From an uncultured Pelagibacteraceae bacterium (GTDB taxonomy: Bacteria > Pseudomonadota > Alphaproteobacteria > Pelagibacterales > Pelagibacteraceae), in NCBI GenBank assembly GCA_902630945.1, contig CACOWV010000001.1, positions 80,196 to 144,195 on the forward strand: a DNA stretch of 64,000 nt. Reading direction: 5' to 3'. The stretch's first letter is position 1. Each line of letters starts with the position of its first letter. The position numbers and the translations under genes were made by a program. A model generated the notes under the pieces. That model did no database searches and was not told the origin of the DNA. It saw nothing but the letters and a program-made list of their open reading frames with translations. Shown in pieces: positions 31,444-41,864 of the stretch.

Positions 31444-32037
31444 ATGACTACAGTTAGCTTTGAAGACTTTCATGAAGTCTCAGATCTTAAATTTGATATC
31501 ATAAGATTGAGAGAAGATCTTAATAAGATATTAGAAAATAAAAAATTTAATTCTCCAGGAGTCACTCACTTTGGAGCCATTCCAATTAATCAAATTCCCA
31601 ATGATGAAAGTTCTATAAAAGGGAACAATATAAGAGGAAAGTACTGGACCATTGCAGATGATACGGGCAAAGAAGTTGCTAGAGACATTGATATTAATGA
31701 GTCAAAATATACTCAATTAGTCCCCGAATTTGAAAAAACATATTTTAAGGAAGTGTACGAAAAGCTGAGTGAGAAATTTAAACTTGGCAGAGTAAGATTA
31801 TTATTAAAAGAACCAAGATCTACTTTAAGTTGGCATAAAGACCCTGAATGCAGACTTCACGTACCTATAATTACGAACAAAGGTTGTTCAATGGTTATTG
31901 AAAATGTTGCTAAACATCTTCCAGCAGATGGAAAAGTATGGATAACTAATAATACAAAATATCATAATTTTTTTAATGGAGGAGAACAAGCTCGAATTCA
32001 TTTGGTAGCATGCGTGCTTGAAAGTCCATTTAAATAA
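31444..32037 (+). CDS. Aspartyl/asparaginyl beta-hydroxylase-like 2OG-Fe(II) protein
   Basis: GRVRLL...LSWHKD...RLHVPIITN...YHNFFNGG...RIHLV (HxD...H); AAGGAG SD. Confidence 0.75.
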   Translation: MTTVSFEDFHEVSDLKFDIIRLREDLNKILENKKFNSPGVTHFGAIPINQIPNDESSIKGNNIRGKYWTIADDTGKEVARDIDINESKYTQLVPEFEKTYFKEVYEKLSEKFKLGRVRLLLKEPRSTLSWHKDPECRLHVPIITNKGCSMVIENVAKHLPADGKVWITNNTKYHNFFNGGEQARIHLVACVLESPFK

Positions 32038-32054
32038 TAATTTTGGTACAGATT

Positions 32055-32498
32055 TTAATTAATAGAACCCCAAATTTTCTCAGTTTTAATCCACCCTTTA
32101 AAATTTTCCGATTTAATTTTACACCAATCACCTTCGCATTTTTGTAGTATTAGAACTCTTCCCTTTTTAACTTTTGCTATCGGTTTTGAGAAAATTGATG
32201 GTTTTTTAAATAAAATTCTATCCTCAATAGGAATTATTGAATTTATTTTTTTTAGTTGAGATTGATGTATCCACCCACTATTATTTTTAAGATCAATTAT
32301 TCGTCTCCAGTTTTCTTTTTGGTCAATTAGTTTAATAGGTAAATTTATTTTTTTATATATAAATTTCACTGGAGATTCAAAACTTGGTCCATATCTTACG
32401 TTAACTTTATTTTTTTTTAAAGAAAGAAATATTTCTTCTGAAACAACAGAAGATGGAAATAAAATCGAAATAAAAATTAAGAAAAAAAACTTTTTCAT
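32055..32498 (-). CDS. Exported SH3-domain protein (SH3_4/DUF1058)
   Basis: Signal peptide, VNVRYGPS, ENWRRIID, GWIH, WCKI...GWI. Confidence 0.88.
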   Translation of the reverse strand: MKKFFFLIFISILFPSSVVSEEIFLSLKKNKVNVRYGPSFESPVKFIYKKINLPIKLIDQKENWRRIIDLKNNSGWIHQSQLKKINSIIPIEDRILFKKPSIFSKPIAKVKKGRVLILQKCEGDWCKIKSENFKGWIKTEKIWGSIN

Positions 32499-33235
32499 TA
32501 CTTCTTTTTAAATTTTACTTTTCTGAAATTAAGATTTAATAGATCAATAATTAATATTTGGTTTTTTAAGTTTTGACCAATCTCCATTAGCATTTTTAAA
32601 GCTTCATTTGCTTGAGTAGTGCCCACTATTGATGCGGTTGTACCAAGAACACCTTCAAATTCGCAGTTTAAAATATCATCAGAAACTTCTTTTTCTTGGT
32701 AGAAATTTTTCAATGATGCCGTCTTTTTATTTTTGAAATCAAATGTAAATATATGACCATCAAATTTACTTATAGCACCTGTCACTAATTTTTTTTTTAA
32801 TTTCATACAGTAATCATTAATTAAGAATTTAGTTCTAAAATTATCAGAACCATCAATAATAAGTTCATAATTTTTAATTATCTTTTCAATATTATTTTCG
32901 TTAAGTCTTGATTTATAAGTTTTAATTTTTGTTAATGGATTTATTTGTTTAAGTTTATTTGCTGCTACATTGACCTTTGTTTTTTTAACGTCATTAGAAT
33001 TAAATAAACTCTGTCTATGAATGTTTGAAAGGCTGACAATATCATTGTCTATTAAGCCTATAGTGCCAATGCCAGCTCTTACTAGATTTTCTGCAGCAGG
33101 GCAACCCAAACCACCCAATCCAACAATTAAAACTTTGGAGGACATAATTTTTTTTTGTCCTTTAGCACCAATATTTTTTAAAATTAATTGTCTTGAAAAT
33201 CTTTCTACTTGAGACTTATTTAAACTATTTTTCAT
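32498..33235 (-). CDS. MoeB/ThiF-family adenylyltransferase
   Basis: RFSRQLIL, GLGGLGCP, SLSNIHRQ, DGSDNF. Confidence 0.9.
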   Translation of the reverse strand: MKNSLNKSQVERFSRQLILKNIGAKGQKKIMSSKVLIVGLGGLGCPAAENLVRAGIGTIGLIDNDIVSLSNIHRQSLFNSNDVKKTKVNVAANKLKQINPLTKIKTYKSRLNENNIEKIIKNYELIIDGSDNFRTKFLINDYCMKLKKKLVTGAISKFDGHIFTFDFKNKKTASLKNFYQEKEVSDDILNCEFEGVLGTTASIVGTTQANEALKMLMEIGQNLKNQILIIDLLNLNFRKVKFKKK

Positions 33236-33669
33236 TTACCAGTTGATCCAAAACCTCCATCACCTCTTATAGACTCTGGAAGTTCATTTGTTTCTTCTAA
33301 TTCCATTTTGACAATTGGAGTTAATACCATTTGAGCAACTCTATCTTTATTGTTAATTATAAAATTTTCACTACCGTGATTAAATAAAATAATTTTAATC
33401 TCACCTCTATAATCACTATCAATAGTTCCAGGTGTATTTAAAACACTAATATTATTTTTTGCCGCTAAGCCAGATCTTGGTCTAATTTGAATCTCATATT
33501 CTTTGGGGAATGCAATCGATAAGCCGGTTGGAACAAGGCAAGATTTGCCCGGTTCTAAATTAATTGGCTTTTCTATAAAAGCCATCAAATCCATACCGGA
33601 TGCACCATTAGTTATATATGTGGGTAATTCAACAGTGGGACTTAATTTTTTGATTAAAACTTTAATCAT
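33232..33669 (-). CDS. dut: dUTP diphosphatase
   Basis: ASGMDL, RPRSGLA, GTIDSDYRGE, RGDGGFGSTG. Confidence 0.98.
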   Translation of the reverse strand: MIKVLIKKLSPTVELPTYITNGASGMDLMAFIEKPINLEPGKSCLVPTGLSIAFPKEYEIQIRPRSGLAAKNNISVLNTPGTIDSDYRGEIKIILFNHGSENFIINNKDRVAQMVLTPIVKMELEETNELPESIRGDGGFGSTGK

Positions 33670-34868
33670 TAATTTAAATGATTAATAATTTTTTCTACGA
33701 CTTCATCTGAAATTTCAGATTTTGGTTTATATTTGAGTTTTTCAGAATCTTTATTTTTATAAAAAATTGACACTTCATTAAAATCTGAGTCAAATCCAAT
33801 TTTCTTGTTAGATACATCATTTGCAATTATCCAATCACAATTTTTTTCATTTAGTTTTTCACTAGCATATTTCTCTAAATTATTTGTTTCTGCAGCAAAT
33901 CCAATTACTAGTTTAGGTCTTAAAGAATTATGATTAGAAATGTAATTTAGAATATCTACATTTTTCTCTAACTCTAAATTGAGATTATCTTTTTTTTTAA
34001 TTTTTTCTTTAAAAGCATTTTTTACTTTATAATCACCAACTGCTGCAGAAAATATTGCAACATCAGCAGGTAAGTTATTAAGGGTTGACCTAAACATTTC
34101 TTCAGCAGTTTCAACTTGAATTAAATTAATATCGTCATTTATTTCTAAATTTGTTGGTCCAGAAATTAAGGTTGTATCAAATCCTTTGTTTGATAATGAT
34201 TTTGCAATCTCATATCCTTGTTTTCCACTTGATTTATTAGTGATAAATCTTACTGGATCAATGTATTCATTAGTAGGTCCTGCAGTTACTATTGCTTTTA
34301 ACTTGTTGTTTTCTTTCAAATTTTTAAAATAGTTTTCCAGTTCATCTATTATTTTTATTGGTTCGGACATTTTTCCTTCACCGAATTCACCACATGCCAT
34401 ATCTCCAATTTCAGGACCAATTAATCTATAATTATAAGATTTTAGTTTAGTTATATTTTGTTTTGTAGATTCGTGTTCCCACATTCTTACATTCATTGCT
34501 GGAGCAATAAAAATTTTTTTGTTTGAGGCTAGAGCAACAGTAGATGCTAAATCATCTGAATTTCCATTCGCAAGTTTAGATATTGTATTGGCAGTTGCAG
34601 GAGCAATTAAAATCAAATCTGCCCATCTCGAAAGACTAATATGATCCATTTCAGCTTCATTTTCTATATTAAAAAGATCTTGATAAACTTTTGATTGAGA
34701 TAATGAAGTAATTGAAAGAGGTGTTACAAATTCAGCACCACTCTTGGTAAGAATTGTTTTTATAATTACATTTCTTTTTTTTAGAAGTCTTATTATCTCA
34801 AGACTTTTGTAAGCAGCTATTCCACCACAAATTATTAATAAAATTTTTTTATTGCTTAAATTATTCAT
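33669..34868 (-). CDS. coaBC: Phosphopantothenoylcysteine decarboxylase/synthetase
   Basis: GGIAAYKS, APATANT, APAMN, TAGPTNEYIDPVRFITNKSSGKQG. Confidence 0.97.
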   Translation of the reverse strand: MNNLSNKKILLIICGGIAAYKSLEIIRLLKKRNVIIKTILTKSGAEFVTPLSITSLSQSKVYQDLFNIENEAEMDHISLSRWADLILIAPATANTISKLANGNSDDLASTVALASNKKIFIAPAMNVRMWEHESTKQNITKLKSYNYRLIGPEIGDMACGEFGEGKMSEPIKIIDELENYFKNLKENNKLKAIVTAGPTNEYIDPVRFITNKSSGKQGYEIAKSLSNKGFDTTLISGPTNLEINDDINLIQVETAEEMFRSTLNNLPADVAIFSAAVGDYKVKNAFKEKIKKKDNLNLELEKNVDILNYISNHNSLRPKLVIGFAAETNNLEKYASEKLNEKNCDWIIANDVSNKKIGFDSDFNEVSIFYKNKDSEKLKYKPKSEISDEVVEKIINHLN

Positions 34869-34876
34869 TGAGTGAA

Positions 34877-36445
34877 TTAAAATACCAATAGACCAAAAAT
34901 TACAAGAACTAATATACCAATAATAGATTGATTTCTAAAAGCAATCATCTCTGACTTTTGGGTATTTAAAGCTGTGTATGAGTTTGAATTTTGTGGTATT
35001 TGTCCACTAGCTAAATAGGTAAGAGCTTGATTTGCTTTATCCATTATTTCAGGAAATTCCGGTAATCTTTTTATTACCTCTGATGTATTTTGAAGAGTTT
35101 CATTAATTTTTGTTATTGGATCTTTTGTTTCTTTAAGCCAATTTTCAAGAACAGGTTTCGATGTTGTCCAAATATTGGTATTAGGATTTAATTTTCTTGC
35201 TACACCTTCAACAACAACCATTGTTTTTTGCAACATTAGAAGCTGAGGTTGAGTTTGCATATTGAATTTTTCAGTAACGTCAAACAACTGTTTTAAAAGT
35301 TTGCCTCCAGATATGTCCTTTACAGCTTGACCAAAAATAGGCTCACCAATAGATCTTAATGCTTGTGCTAGATCATCTATTGGGACTTCTTTTGGGACTA
35401 GACCTGCTATTAAATGTACCTCTGCAACTTTACGGTAATCTCTTTGAATAAACCCAAACAATATTTCTGCTAAGAATCTTTTACTCATTTTGTCTAATCT
35501 TCCCATTATACCAAAATCAATAGGCACAATTTGACCGTCATTATCTATAAATATATTTCCTTGGTGCATATCAGCATGGAAAAAACCATCTCTAACTGCA
35601 TGTCTCAAAAAATTTTGAATTATATCTTCTGCAATTTTTTCAGTATTGAAATTTTTATCTTTTAGTTTTTGAGTTTCTCTAATTGATATTCCATCAATCC
35701 AATCAAGTGTCATTACATTTTCACTGGTATAATTCCAATATATTTTTGGGACTTTAAACCCAACATCATTTTTGGTATTTTCTGCATATTCATTAGCCGC
35801 TGCTGCTTCAAATCTTAAGTCCATTTCAAGATTTGTTATTTCTTTAAGTAAAAAAACAACCTCTACTAATTTAAGTCTTTTTGTTTTTTTAATAAATGAC
35901 TCAACTAAAAATGCAAAAAGCATCATTGCATCAATTTCTTCATTAAATATTTTTTTTATATTTGGTCTAAGAATTTTTATTGCAACATCTTTAATTGTGC
36001 CGTTATCATCAATTTGAGCTTTATGCACTTGAGCTATTGAAGCTGCTGCAACAGGTTCACCTAAATCAATTATAGAATTATACGTTTCATCACCTAAATC
36101 ACTTCTAATAATCTCTTTTGCATGAATAAGAGAAAAAGGAGGTAATTTATCTTGAAGATTTTCAAGTTTTTTTGAAAGTTCTTCTCCAATTATATCTGGC
36201 CTTGTAGCTAGGAATTGACCAAGTTTTATAAAGGTTGTCCCCATTGACTCTAGTGAACTTGATAATCTTTCACCTTCATTTTTATTGATATCTATTTGTT
36301 TTTTTGGAGATAAAGAAAAAGACAGAATTTTAAAAAGGATCTTAATTACCAAAGGTGGTTCTTGAAATTTTGATACAATATTTAGAATATCAGACTTAGC
36401 TACTTTTCTTCCTAGTTTGAATAAAGTTATTAATTTTTTTATCAT
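34877..36445 (-). CDS. ubiB: Ubiquinone biosynthesis kinase-like protein UbiB
   Basis: IKLGQFLATRPD, AAASIAQVH, GFFHADMHQGN, DFGIMG; start ATG 36445 overlaps the ubiE stop. Confidence 0.95.
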   Translation of the reverse strand: MIKKLITLFKLGRKVAKSDILNIVSKFQEPPLVIKILFKILSFSLSPKKQIDINKNEGERLSSSLESMGTTFIKLGQFLATRPDIIGEELSKKLENLQDKLPPFSLIHAKEIIRSDLGDETYNSIIDLGEPVAAASIAQVHKAQIDDNGTIKDVAIKILRPNIKKIFNEEIDAMMLFAFLVESFIKKTKRLKLVEVVFLLKEITNLEMDLRFEAAAANEYAENTKNDVGFKVPKIYWNYTSENVMTLDWIDGISIRETQKLKDKNFNTEKIAEDIIQNFLRHAVRDGFFHADMHQGNIFIDNDGQIVPIDFGIMGRLDKMSKRFLAEILFGFIQRDYRKVAEVHLIAGLVPKEVPIDDLAQALRSIGEPIFGQAVKDISGGKLLKQLFDVTEKFNMQTQPQLLMLQKTMVVVEGVARKLNPNTNIWTTSKPVLENWLKETKDPITKINETLQNTSEVIKRLPEFPEIMDKANQALTYLASGQIPQNSNSYTALNTQKSEMIAFRNQSIIGILVLVIFGLLVF

Positions 36446-37149
36446 TAAACTTTCCATCCACTATGAATAGAAACTATTCCACCTGATAAATTTCTATACT
36501 CACATTTTTTAAAATGATTTTTTATCATAAGATCTATTAACTCATCTTGATTTATAAAATTTTCGATACTTTTAATAAGGTATTTGTAAGGTTTTTTGTC
36601 ACCTACAATCAATTTTCCTATTGATGGAATAATATTAGAATATTTTTTGTAAATAAAATCTAAATTTGAATTTTGAATTTTTGAGAATTCAAGACATAAA
36701 AAACGACCACCTGGTTTTAAAACACGATAACTTTCAGATAAAACCTTATTTAAATTTTTTGTATTTCTTAATCCAAAACTTATAGTATAAAAATCGAAGG
36801 AGTTGTTAGCTATGGGAAGTTTTTCCGCAGAGGCAACAATCCAATCTAAATTTTTAAAATTACTTAGTTTTTTCTGTCCCATTTTAATCATACCTTTATT
36901 TGGATCCACACATGTAATATTAGCAGCGTTATTAACATTATTTAGAAAAAGTTTTGCTATATCCCCTGTACCACAAGCGACGTCAATTAATTTTTGATTT
37001 GTAGCGGGATTCATCATATTTAAAAGACTTCTTTTCCATAACCTATGAATTCCAAATGACATAAAATCATTCATAAGATCATATTGATCATAAACTTGAT
37101 CAAATACATTTTGTACAAATCCTTTTTTATTTTGTAAATATTGTTGCAT
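36445..37149 (-). CDS. ubiE: Ubiquinone/menaquinone C-methyltransferase
   Basis: YDLMNDFMSFGIHRLWK, DVACGTGD, ISFGLRN, RVLKPGG. Confidence 0.96.
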   Translation of the reverse strand: MQQYLQNKKGFVQNVFDQVYDQYDLMNDFMSFGIHRLWKRSLLNMMNPATNQKLIDVACGTGDIAKLFLNNVNNAANITCVDPNKGMIKMGQKKLSNFKNLDWIVASAEKLPIANNSFDFYTISFGLRNTKNLNKVLSESYRVLKPGGRFLCLEFSKIQNSNLDFIYKKYSNIIPSIGKLIVGDKKPYKYLIKSIENFINQDELIDLMIKNHFKKCEYRNLSGGIVSIHSGWKV

Positions 37150-37180
37150 AAAAAAAAATATAAGTTGAATATAGTGTTAA

Positions 37181-38044
37181 ATGCCAGAATTACCAGAAGT
37201 AGAAATTGTAAGACAGTCATTAGATAAAAAGGTAAAATGGAAAAAGGTTAAAAAAGTATTAGTTAGAAACAGAAATCTGAGATTTAAAATTCCCTCAAAA
37301 TTAAGAAGTTTTTTAGAAGGAAAAAAAATAATGAAAGTTAAAAGATTTTCAAAATATTTAATCTTATGTTTATCCAAAGAGAATTTTTGTCTGATTCATC
37401 TTGGTATGTCAGGCACAATACATTTGATTAAAAATAGAGGGAGAGAATTTAAAACTAATACAAGTTTTTACAGTTCACCCTTTTTGCCAAAAAAACATAA
37501 CCATGTAGAAATAATTTTTGAAAGTTTTAGAATAATCTATAATGATCCAAGAAGATTTGGTTTTTTTCAAATAATTGAAGACTCTAATACTCTTAAAAAA
37601 AAATTTTCTCAGCTAGGACCAGAGCCATTTGATGTAAAATTTAATTTAGGATATATCTCTTCTTTTTTTAAAGGAAAAAAGAAAAACATTAAGAATTTTT
37701 TAATTGATCAAAATTTCGTTTCAGGAATTGGAAATATTTATGCAAGCGAAATTTTGTTCTTATGTAAAATTAATCCAAATAAAAAAGTTTATCTACTTAA
37801 ACTTTTAGATTGTAAAAAAATTTTAATTTATTCAAGAAAGGTACTTATTAATGCAATTAAATATGGAGGCTCAAGTATCAGAGATTTTAAGAACGTTTTA
37901 GGTAAAAAAGGTAAATTTCAAAAAAATTTTAAAGTATACGATAGAGCAGGATTAAATTGTAAACGTAATGGATGTAGTGGAATTATTAAGAAAAAAATTA
38001 TCACTAATAGATCAACCTTTTATTGTAATATGTGCCAAATATAA
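37181..38044 (+). CDS. mutM: Formamidopyrimidine-DNA glycosylase
   Basis: MPELPEVE, HLGMSG, DPRRFG, GIGNIYASE, C-terminal Zn finger. Confidence 0.97.
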   Translation: MPELPEVEIVRQSLDKKVKWKKVKKVLVRNRNLRFKIPSKLRSFLEGKKIMKVKRFSKYLILCLSKENFCLIHLGMSGTIHLIKNRGREFKTNTSFYSSPFLPKKHNHVEIIFESFRIIYNDPRRFGFFQIIEDSNTLKKKFSQLGPEPFDVKFNLGYISSFFKGKKKNIKNFLIDQNFVSGIGNIYASEILFLCKINPNKKVYLLKLLDCKKILIYSRKVLINAIKYGGSSIRDFKNVLGKKGKFQKNFKVYDRAGLNCKRNGCSGIIKKKIITNRSTFYCNMCQI

Positions 38045-38096
38045 TTAATTATTTAATTGACCAATTTTAATTCTCAAGTTATACCCCCTTCCACAT

Positions 38097-38357
38097 ATGG
38101 CTAACACAAAATCTGCAATCAAGAGAATAAGAAGAATATCTAAGCAAACAGATGTTAATAAGGCAAGAAAAAGTAGATATAAAAATGCTCTAAAGAAAAT
38201 GAACTCCTTGATTGAAAATAAAAAAAAATCTGAAGCAATAAAATTCTTACCTAAGTTGAATTCCGAGCTTATGAAAGTTGCCAAAACTGGAATTATAAAA
38301 AAACAGAATGCATCAAGAAATGTTTCAAGATTAACGAAAAAGATAGCACTTATCTAA
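38097..38357 (+). CDS. rpsT: 30S ribosomal protein S20
   Basis: MANTKSAIKRIR...ASRNVSRL; upstream of dnaA. Confidence 0.96.
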   Translation: MANTKSAIKRIRRISKQTDVNKARKSRYKNALKKMNSLIENKKKSEAIKFLPKLNSELMKVAKTGIIKKQNASRNVSRLTKKIALI

Positions 38358-38639
38358 GATAAAATAATACTTCAGGTTGTTCATTTGATACAACTTTTAA
38401 ATCTACAAAATCTGTCTTTTATTTAATTTTTAATACAAGATTTAGATTTAGTAAATAAAGAAATATATTTAATTCAATTATAAATTTTATTTATAAAAAA
38501 TTTAATTAGTATTTTTTGTCAAACTAATTTTTTATTTTTATAATTTTTACACAATCCCAGATTTTATTTTTTTTTTAATTTTTGAAATTATTTGTTGCAA
38601 TAGATTGATTAAAGTTCTAACTCAAGACTCTCCAAATAA

Positions 38640-40052
38640 ATGAATTCTTTTACAAATAAAAACTTAAAAAATTTCAAATCAGAAAAACTTGATTGGACTT
38701 TAATCCAATCTGAAATGAAAAGTAAATTGGGCTTGGATATTTATGAAAGTTGGTTAAAAAAAATAGATTTTGTAGAGGAATTTAACAACTATTTACTGTT
38801 ATCTGTACCAACAAGATTTATCCGTGATTGGATAACATCAAGATATTTAGATCAAATATTATTGGCTGTAAGAAATTATAAAAAAGAAATAATCAGAATT
38901 GAATTTAAAATTATTGAGCAAAATATTAAAATTACCCCAAATTTTGATGATTTCAAACCACTCGAAAATAAAGAAAATATCTCTTTTATTAAAGATTCTT
39001 ATCTTCAATATAATCGTATAGATCCAAACAAAAGATTTGAAAATTTTATAACGGGATCAAGTAATAAACTCGCTTATGAGGCATCATTAAAAGTTACAGA
39101 AAATATTTCAAATTATAATCCTTTATATATTTATGGAGGTGTTGGAATGGGAAAAACACACCTTTTAAACTCGATTGGCTTAAAGTTAAAAAAAAGTAAT
39201 AAAGTAATGTTTATTTCAGCAGAGCGTTTTATGTATCAATTTGTAAAATCAATAAAGGCAAATGATATGGTCAAATTTAAGGAATATTTTAGAAATACTG
39301 ATATTTTACTTATTGATGATATACAATTTATGAATGGCAAAGAGGCTATGCAAGAAGAATTCTTTCATACATTTAACGCCTTGCTTGATAAAGGCTCTCA
39401 AATCATCGTTTCAGCTGATAGACCACCAAACAGATTGTCAAGAATACAAGAGAGAATTAAATCTAGGTTTTCTGGAGGATTAGTTGTTGATATTCAAAAA
39501 CCAGACCTTGAATTAAGAAAAAAAATTGTAGAAAAAAAAATCAATGAAATAAACAATTTGCATCCTGATCAAGTGAAAATTTCGCAAGAAATACAAAATT
39601 TTGTAAGCACTGAAATAACCACAAGCATAAGGGAGTTAGTTGGTGCCATTAATAGAACAGTATCATTTTCAAGAATTTACAAAAAGACTCCTAACCTGGC
39701 GGAAACCAAAATTGTTTTAAAGGATTTACTAAATATAACTGAAAATAAAGTCACTATAGATCTCATTCAGACTTTAGTTTGTAAATTTTTTAAAATTAGT
39801 AAAAATGAGATGTTATCATCAAGAAGATCTAGATATCTCGTAAGACCTAGGCAAACTGCCATATATTTGACAAAAATTTTAACCTCTAAATCTTTGCCAG
39901 AAATAGGTCGTGAATTTTCTAACAGGGATCACACAACAATTATTCATTCGGTAAAAACAATTGAAAAAATAAAAGAAAAAGATCCTGAAATGTTAAATAA
40001 TATTAATAAGCTTAAAAATCAAATATTATACAATAAAGAAAATGAAATTTAA
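38640..40052 (+). CDS. dnaA: Chromosomal replication initiator DnaA
   Basis: YNPLYIYGGVGMGKTHL, LLIDDIQF, QEEFFHTFN, RDHTTIIH. Confidence 0.98.
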   Translation: MNSFTNKNLKNFKSEKLDWTLIQSEMKSKLGLDIYESWLKKIDFVEEFNNYLLLSVPTRFIRDWITSRYLDQILLAVRNYKKEIIRIEFKIIEQNIKITPNFDDFKPLENKENISFIKDSYLQYNRIDPNKRFENFITGSSNKLAYEASLKVTENISNYNPLYIYGGVGMGKTHLLNSIGLKLKKSNKVMFISAERFMYQFVKSIKANDMVKFKEYFRNTDILLIDDIQFMNGKEAMQEEFFHTFNALLDKGSQIIVSADRPPNRLSRIQERIKSRFSGGLVVDIQKPDLELRKKIVEKKINEINNLHPDQVKISQEIQNFVSTEITTSIRELVGAINRTVSFSRIYKKTPNLAETKIVLKDLLNITENKVTIDLIQTLVCKFFKISKNEMLSSRRSRYLVRPRQTAIYLTKILTSKSLPEIGREFSNRDHTTIIHSVKTIEKIKEKDPEMLNNINKLKNQILYNKENEI

Positions 40053-41154
40053 TGTTAATCAGCAAGACCTTCAACAAGCGTTGAATTTCTGTCAAGGTGT
40101 TATTGAGAAGAGAAGCACTCTTCCAATACTTTCAAATATTTTACTTGATGTAAAAGATACAATACTTACGATTACAGCGACTGATTTAGATTTAATTTTT
40201 ATTCATAAAATTAATAATGTTGAAGTTTTAGCGCCAGGAAAAACAACCACTGTTTCTTCAACAATGTACGATATTGTAAGAAAATTATCCTCTGGTAAAA
40301 AGATTAATCTTACATTAAATGACACGAATAAACTTCATTTAGAGTCTGAAAAATCAAATTTTAATCTTAACTGTATCAGTCCCTCAGATTTTCCTCTTAC
40401 AGACGAAAGCTTAAATCAAAATGAATTTTTTATTAAATCAAAACAACTACTAAAATTATTAAATAAGTGCAAGTTTTCTGTTTCTAATGATGAGACAAGG
40501 CATTATTTAAGTGGAATTTATTTTCACCAAACAGAAGTGGAAGATAAGAATTACTTAACTGCTGTTGCTACCGATAGTCATAGAATGTCAATTTCAAAAA
40601 TAAGATTAGATAATAAAATTGATTTTGAACCAATAATTTTGCCAAAAAAAACAATATTTCAGCTATGTTCTTTATTAGATAGTTATGATGGTGAAGTTAA
40701 AATATCAAATGCCAAATCTAAAATAAAATTTGAATTAAATAACAGTATTTTAATATCTAAGTTAATTGATGGTAAATTTCCAAATTATATCCAGGTTATT
40801 CCAAAAAATAATCAAAAAAAATTAGATGTTGAATTAAAATCATTTCTTAGTTCGGTTGATAGAGTTGCATCAGTTTCGTTGGATAAAAAAGATGGTGTTA
40901 AATTTGATTTATCAAAAAATAATTTAAATTTATCAGTTAATAATACTAATAGTGGAGATGGAAAAGAGTCCTTATTAGTCAAATTTGATCATGAATTAGA
41001 AATAAGTTTTAATTCTAAATATTTAATTGATGTGGCCTCACAGCTTGATGGTGAAAAAATTGAGATGTTTTTTAATGATACAGGATCACCAGTTTTAATT
41101 AAAGATCCAAGCGACTTTGATAGTATTTTTGTTGTAATGCCAATGAAAGGTTAG
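40042..41154 (+). CDS. dnaN: DNA polymerase III beta clamp
   Basis: LPILSNILL, ATDLD, DETRHYLSG, ATDSHR, VVMPMK. Confidence 0.98.
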   Translation: MKFNVNQQDLQQALNFCQGVIEKRSTLPILSNILLDVKDTILTITATDLDLIFIHKINNVEVLAPGKTTTVSSTMYDIVRKLSSGKKINLTLNDTNKLHLESEKSNFNLNCISPSDFPLTDESLNQNEFFIKSKQLLKLLNKCKFSVSNDETRHYLSGIYFHQTEVEDKNYLTAVATDSHRMSISKIRLDNKIDFEPIILPKKTIFQLCSLLDSYDGEVKISNAKSKIKFELNNSILISKLIDGKFPNYIQVIPKNNQKKLDVELKSFLSSVDRVASVSLDKKDGVKFDLSKNNLNLSVNNTNSGDGKESLLVKFDHELEISFNSKYLIDVASQLDGEKIEMFFNDTGSPVLIKDPSDFDSIFVVMPMKG

Positions 41155-41858
41155 TTCATTAAATCAAGTTCTGAATAGATTTCCCTCTCAAGTTTTTCAA
41201 TAAATTGATTTTTTTCTAAGCCTGGTCCAATAGGTTTAAGAATTGAAACTATAATTTCTTTGTTTGATTTTTTCTCTCCTCTTTTAGGCCAAACAAAGCC
41301 CGAATTAATTGCTACTGGTTGACAATATATTTTTAATTCTTGATATATTCGACTGGCACCTTTTTTGAAAGGTGGCCTTTCAGAGGGTAAAACTCTCGTG
41401 GCCTGAGGAAAAATAATTATTGGTCGATTTGAATTTTTAACTATTTTAGAAATAAGTTCAAAAAAACCTAAATTATCTTTTGAAACCTTATCTCTTGATA
41501 TAGATATTGATCCAATTTTTTTTAAATACCAACCAAATATTGGAATAAGCAAAAGTTCTTTTTTTAATATAAAAACTGGTGAGTTGAAAATAGTCTGAAG
41601 AAAAAAAGTTTCAAACATTGATTGATGAGATGCAGCAATGAAAAACTTATTTTTAGATATAATATTTTCTTTTCCTTTAATAGTAATTTTAGTTGAAAGA
41701 AAAAGTTTTAGGCAGATTGCAGACCAATAACCCATTAGTTTTCCTCCTAGTAAAACAATTTTTTGTGGTAGAATCAGAGCTGGAAGAAATATAATTGAAA
41801 TTAAAATTATTCCTGTAAAGAAAAAAAATGAAAATAAATTACTTCTAACCATTTGCAT
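41151..41858 (-). CDS. 1-acyl-sn-glycerol-3-phosphate acyltransferase (PlsC family)
   Basis: SHQSMFET (HX4D/E-type), LKKELL-IPIFGW, IFPQATR. Confidence 0.85.
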   Translation of the reverse strand: MQMVRSNLFSFFFFTGIILISIIFLPALILPQKIVLLGGKLMGYWSAICLKLFLSTKITIKGKENIISKNKFFIAASHQSMFETFFLQTIFNSPVFILKKELLLIPIFGWYLKKIGSISISRDKVSKDNLGFFELISKIVKNSNRPIIIFPQATRVLPSERPPFKKGASRIYQELKIYCQPVAINSGFVWPKRGEKKSNKEIIVSILKPIGPGLEKNQFIEKLEREIYSELDLMN

Positions 41859-41864
41859 TAAAAT

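Noticed and set aside
38358-38639. Possible oriC upstream of dnaA
   Set aside because: AT-rich but no convincing TTATCCACA boxes were seen; alphaproteobacterial oriC is often unlinked to dnaA
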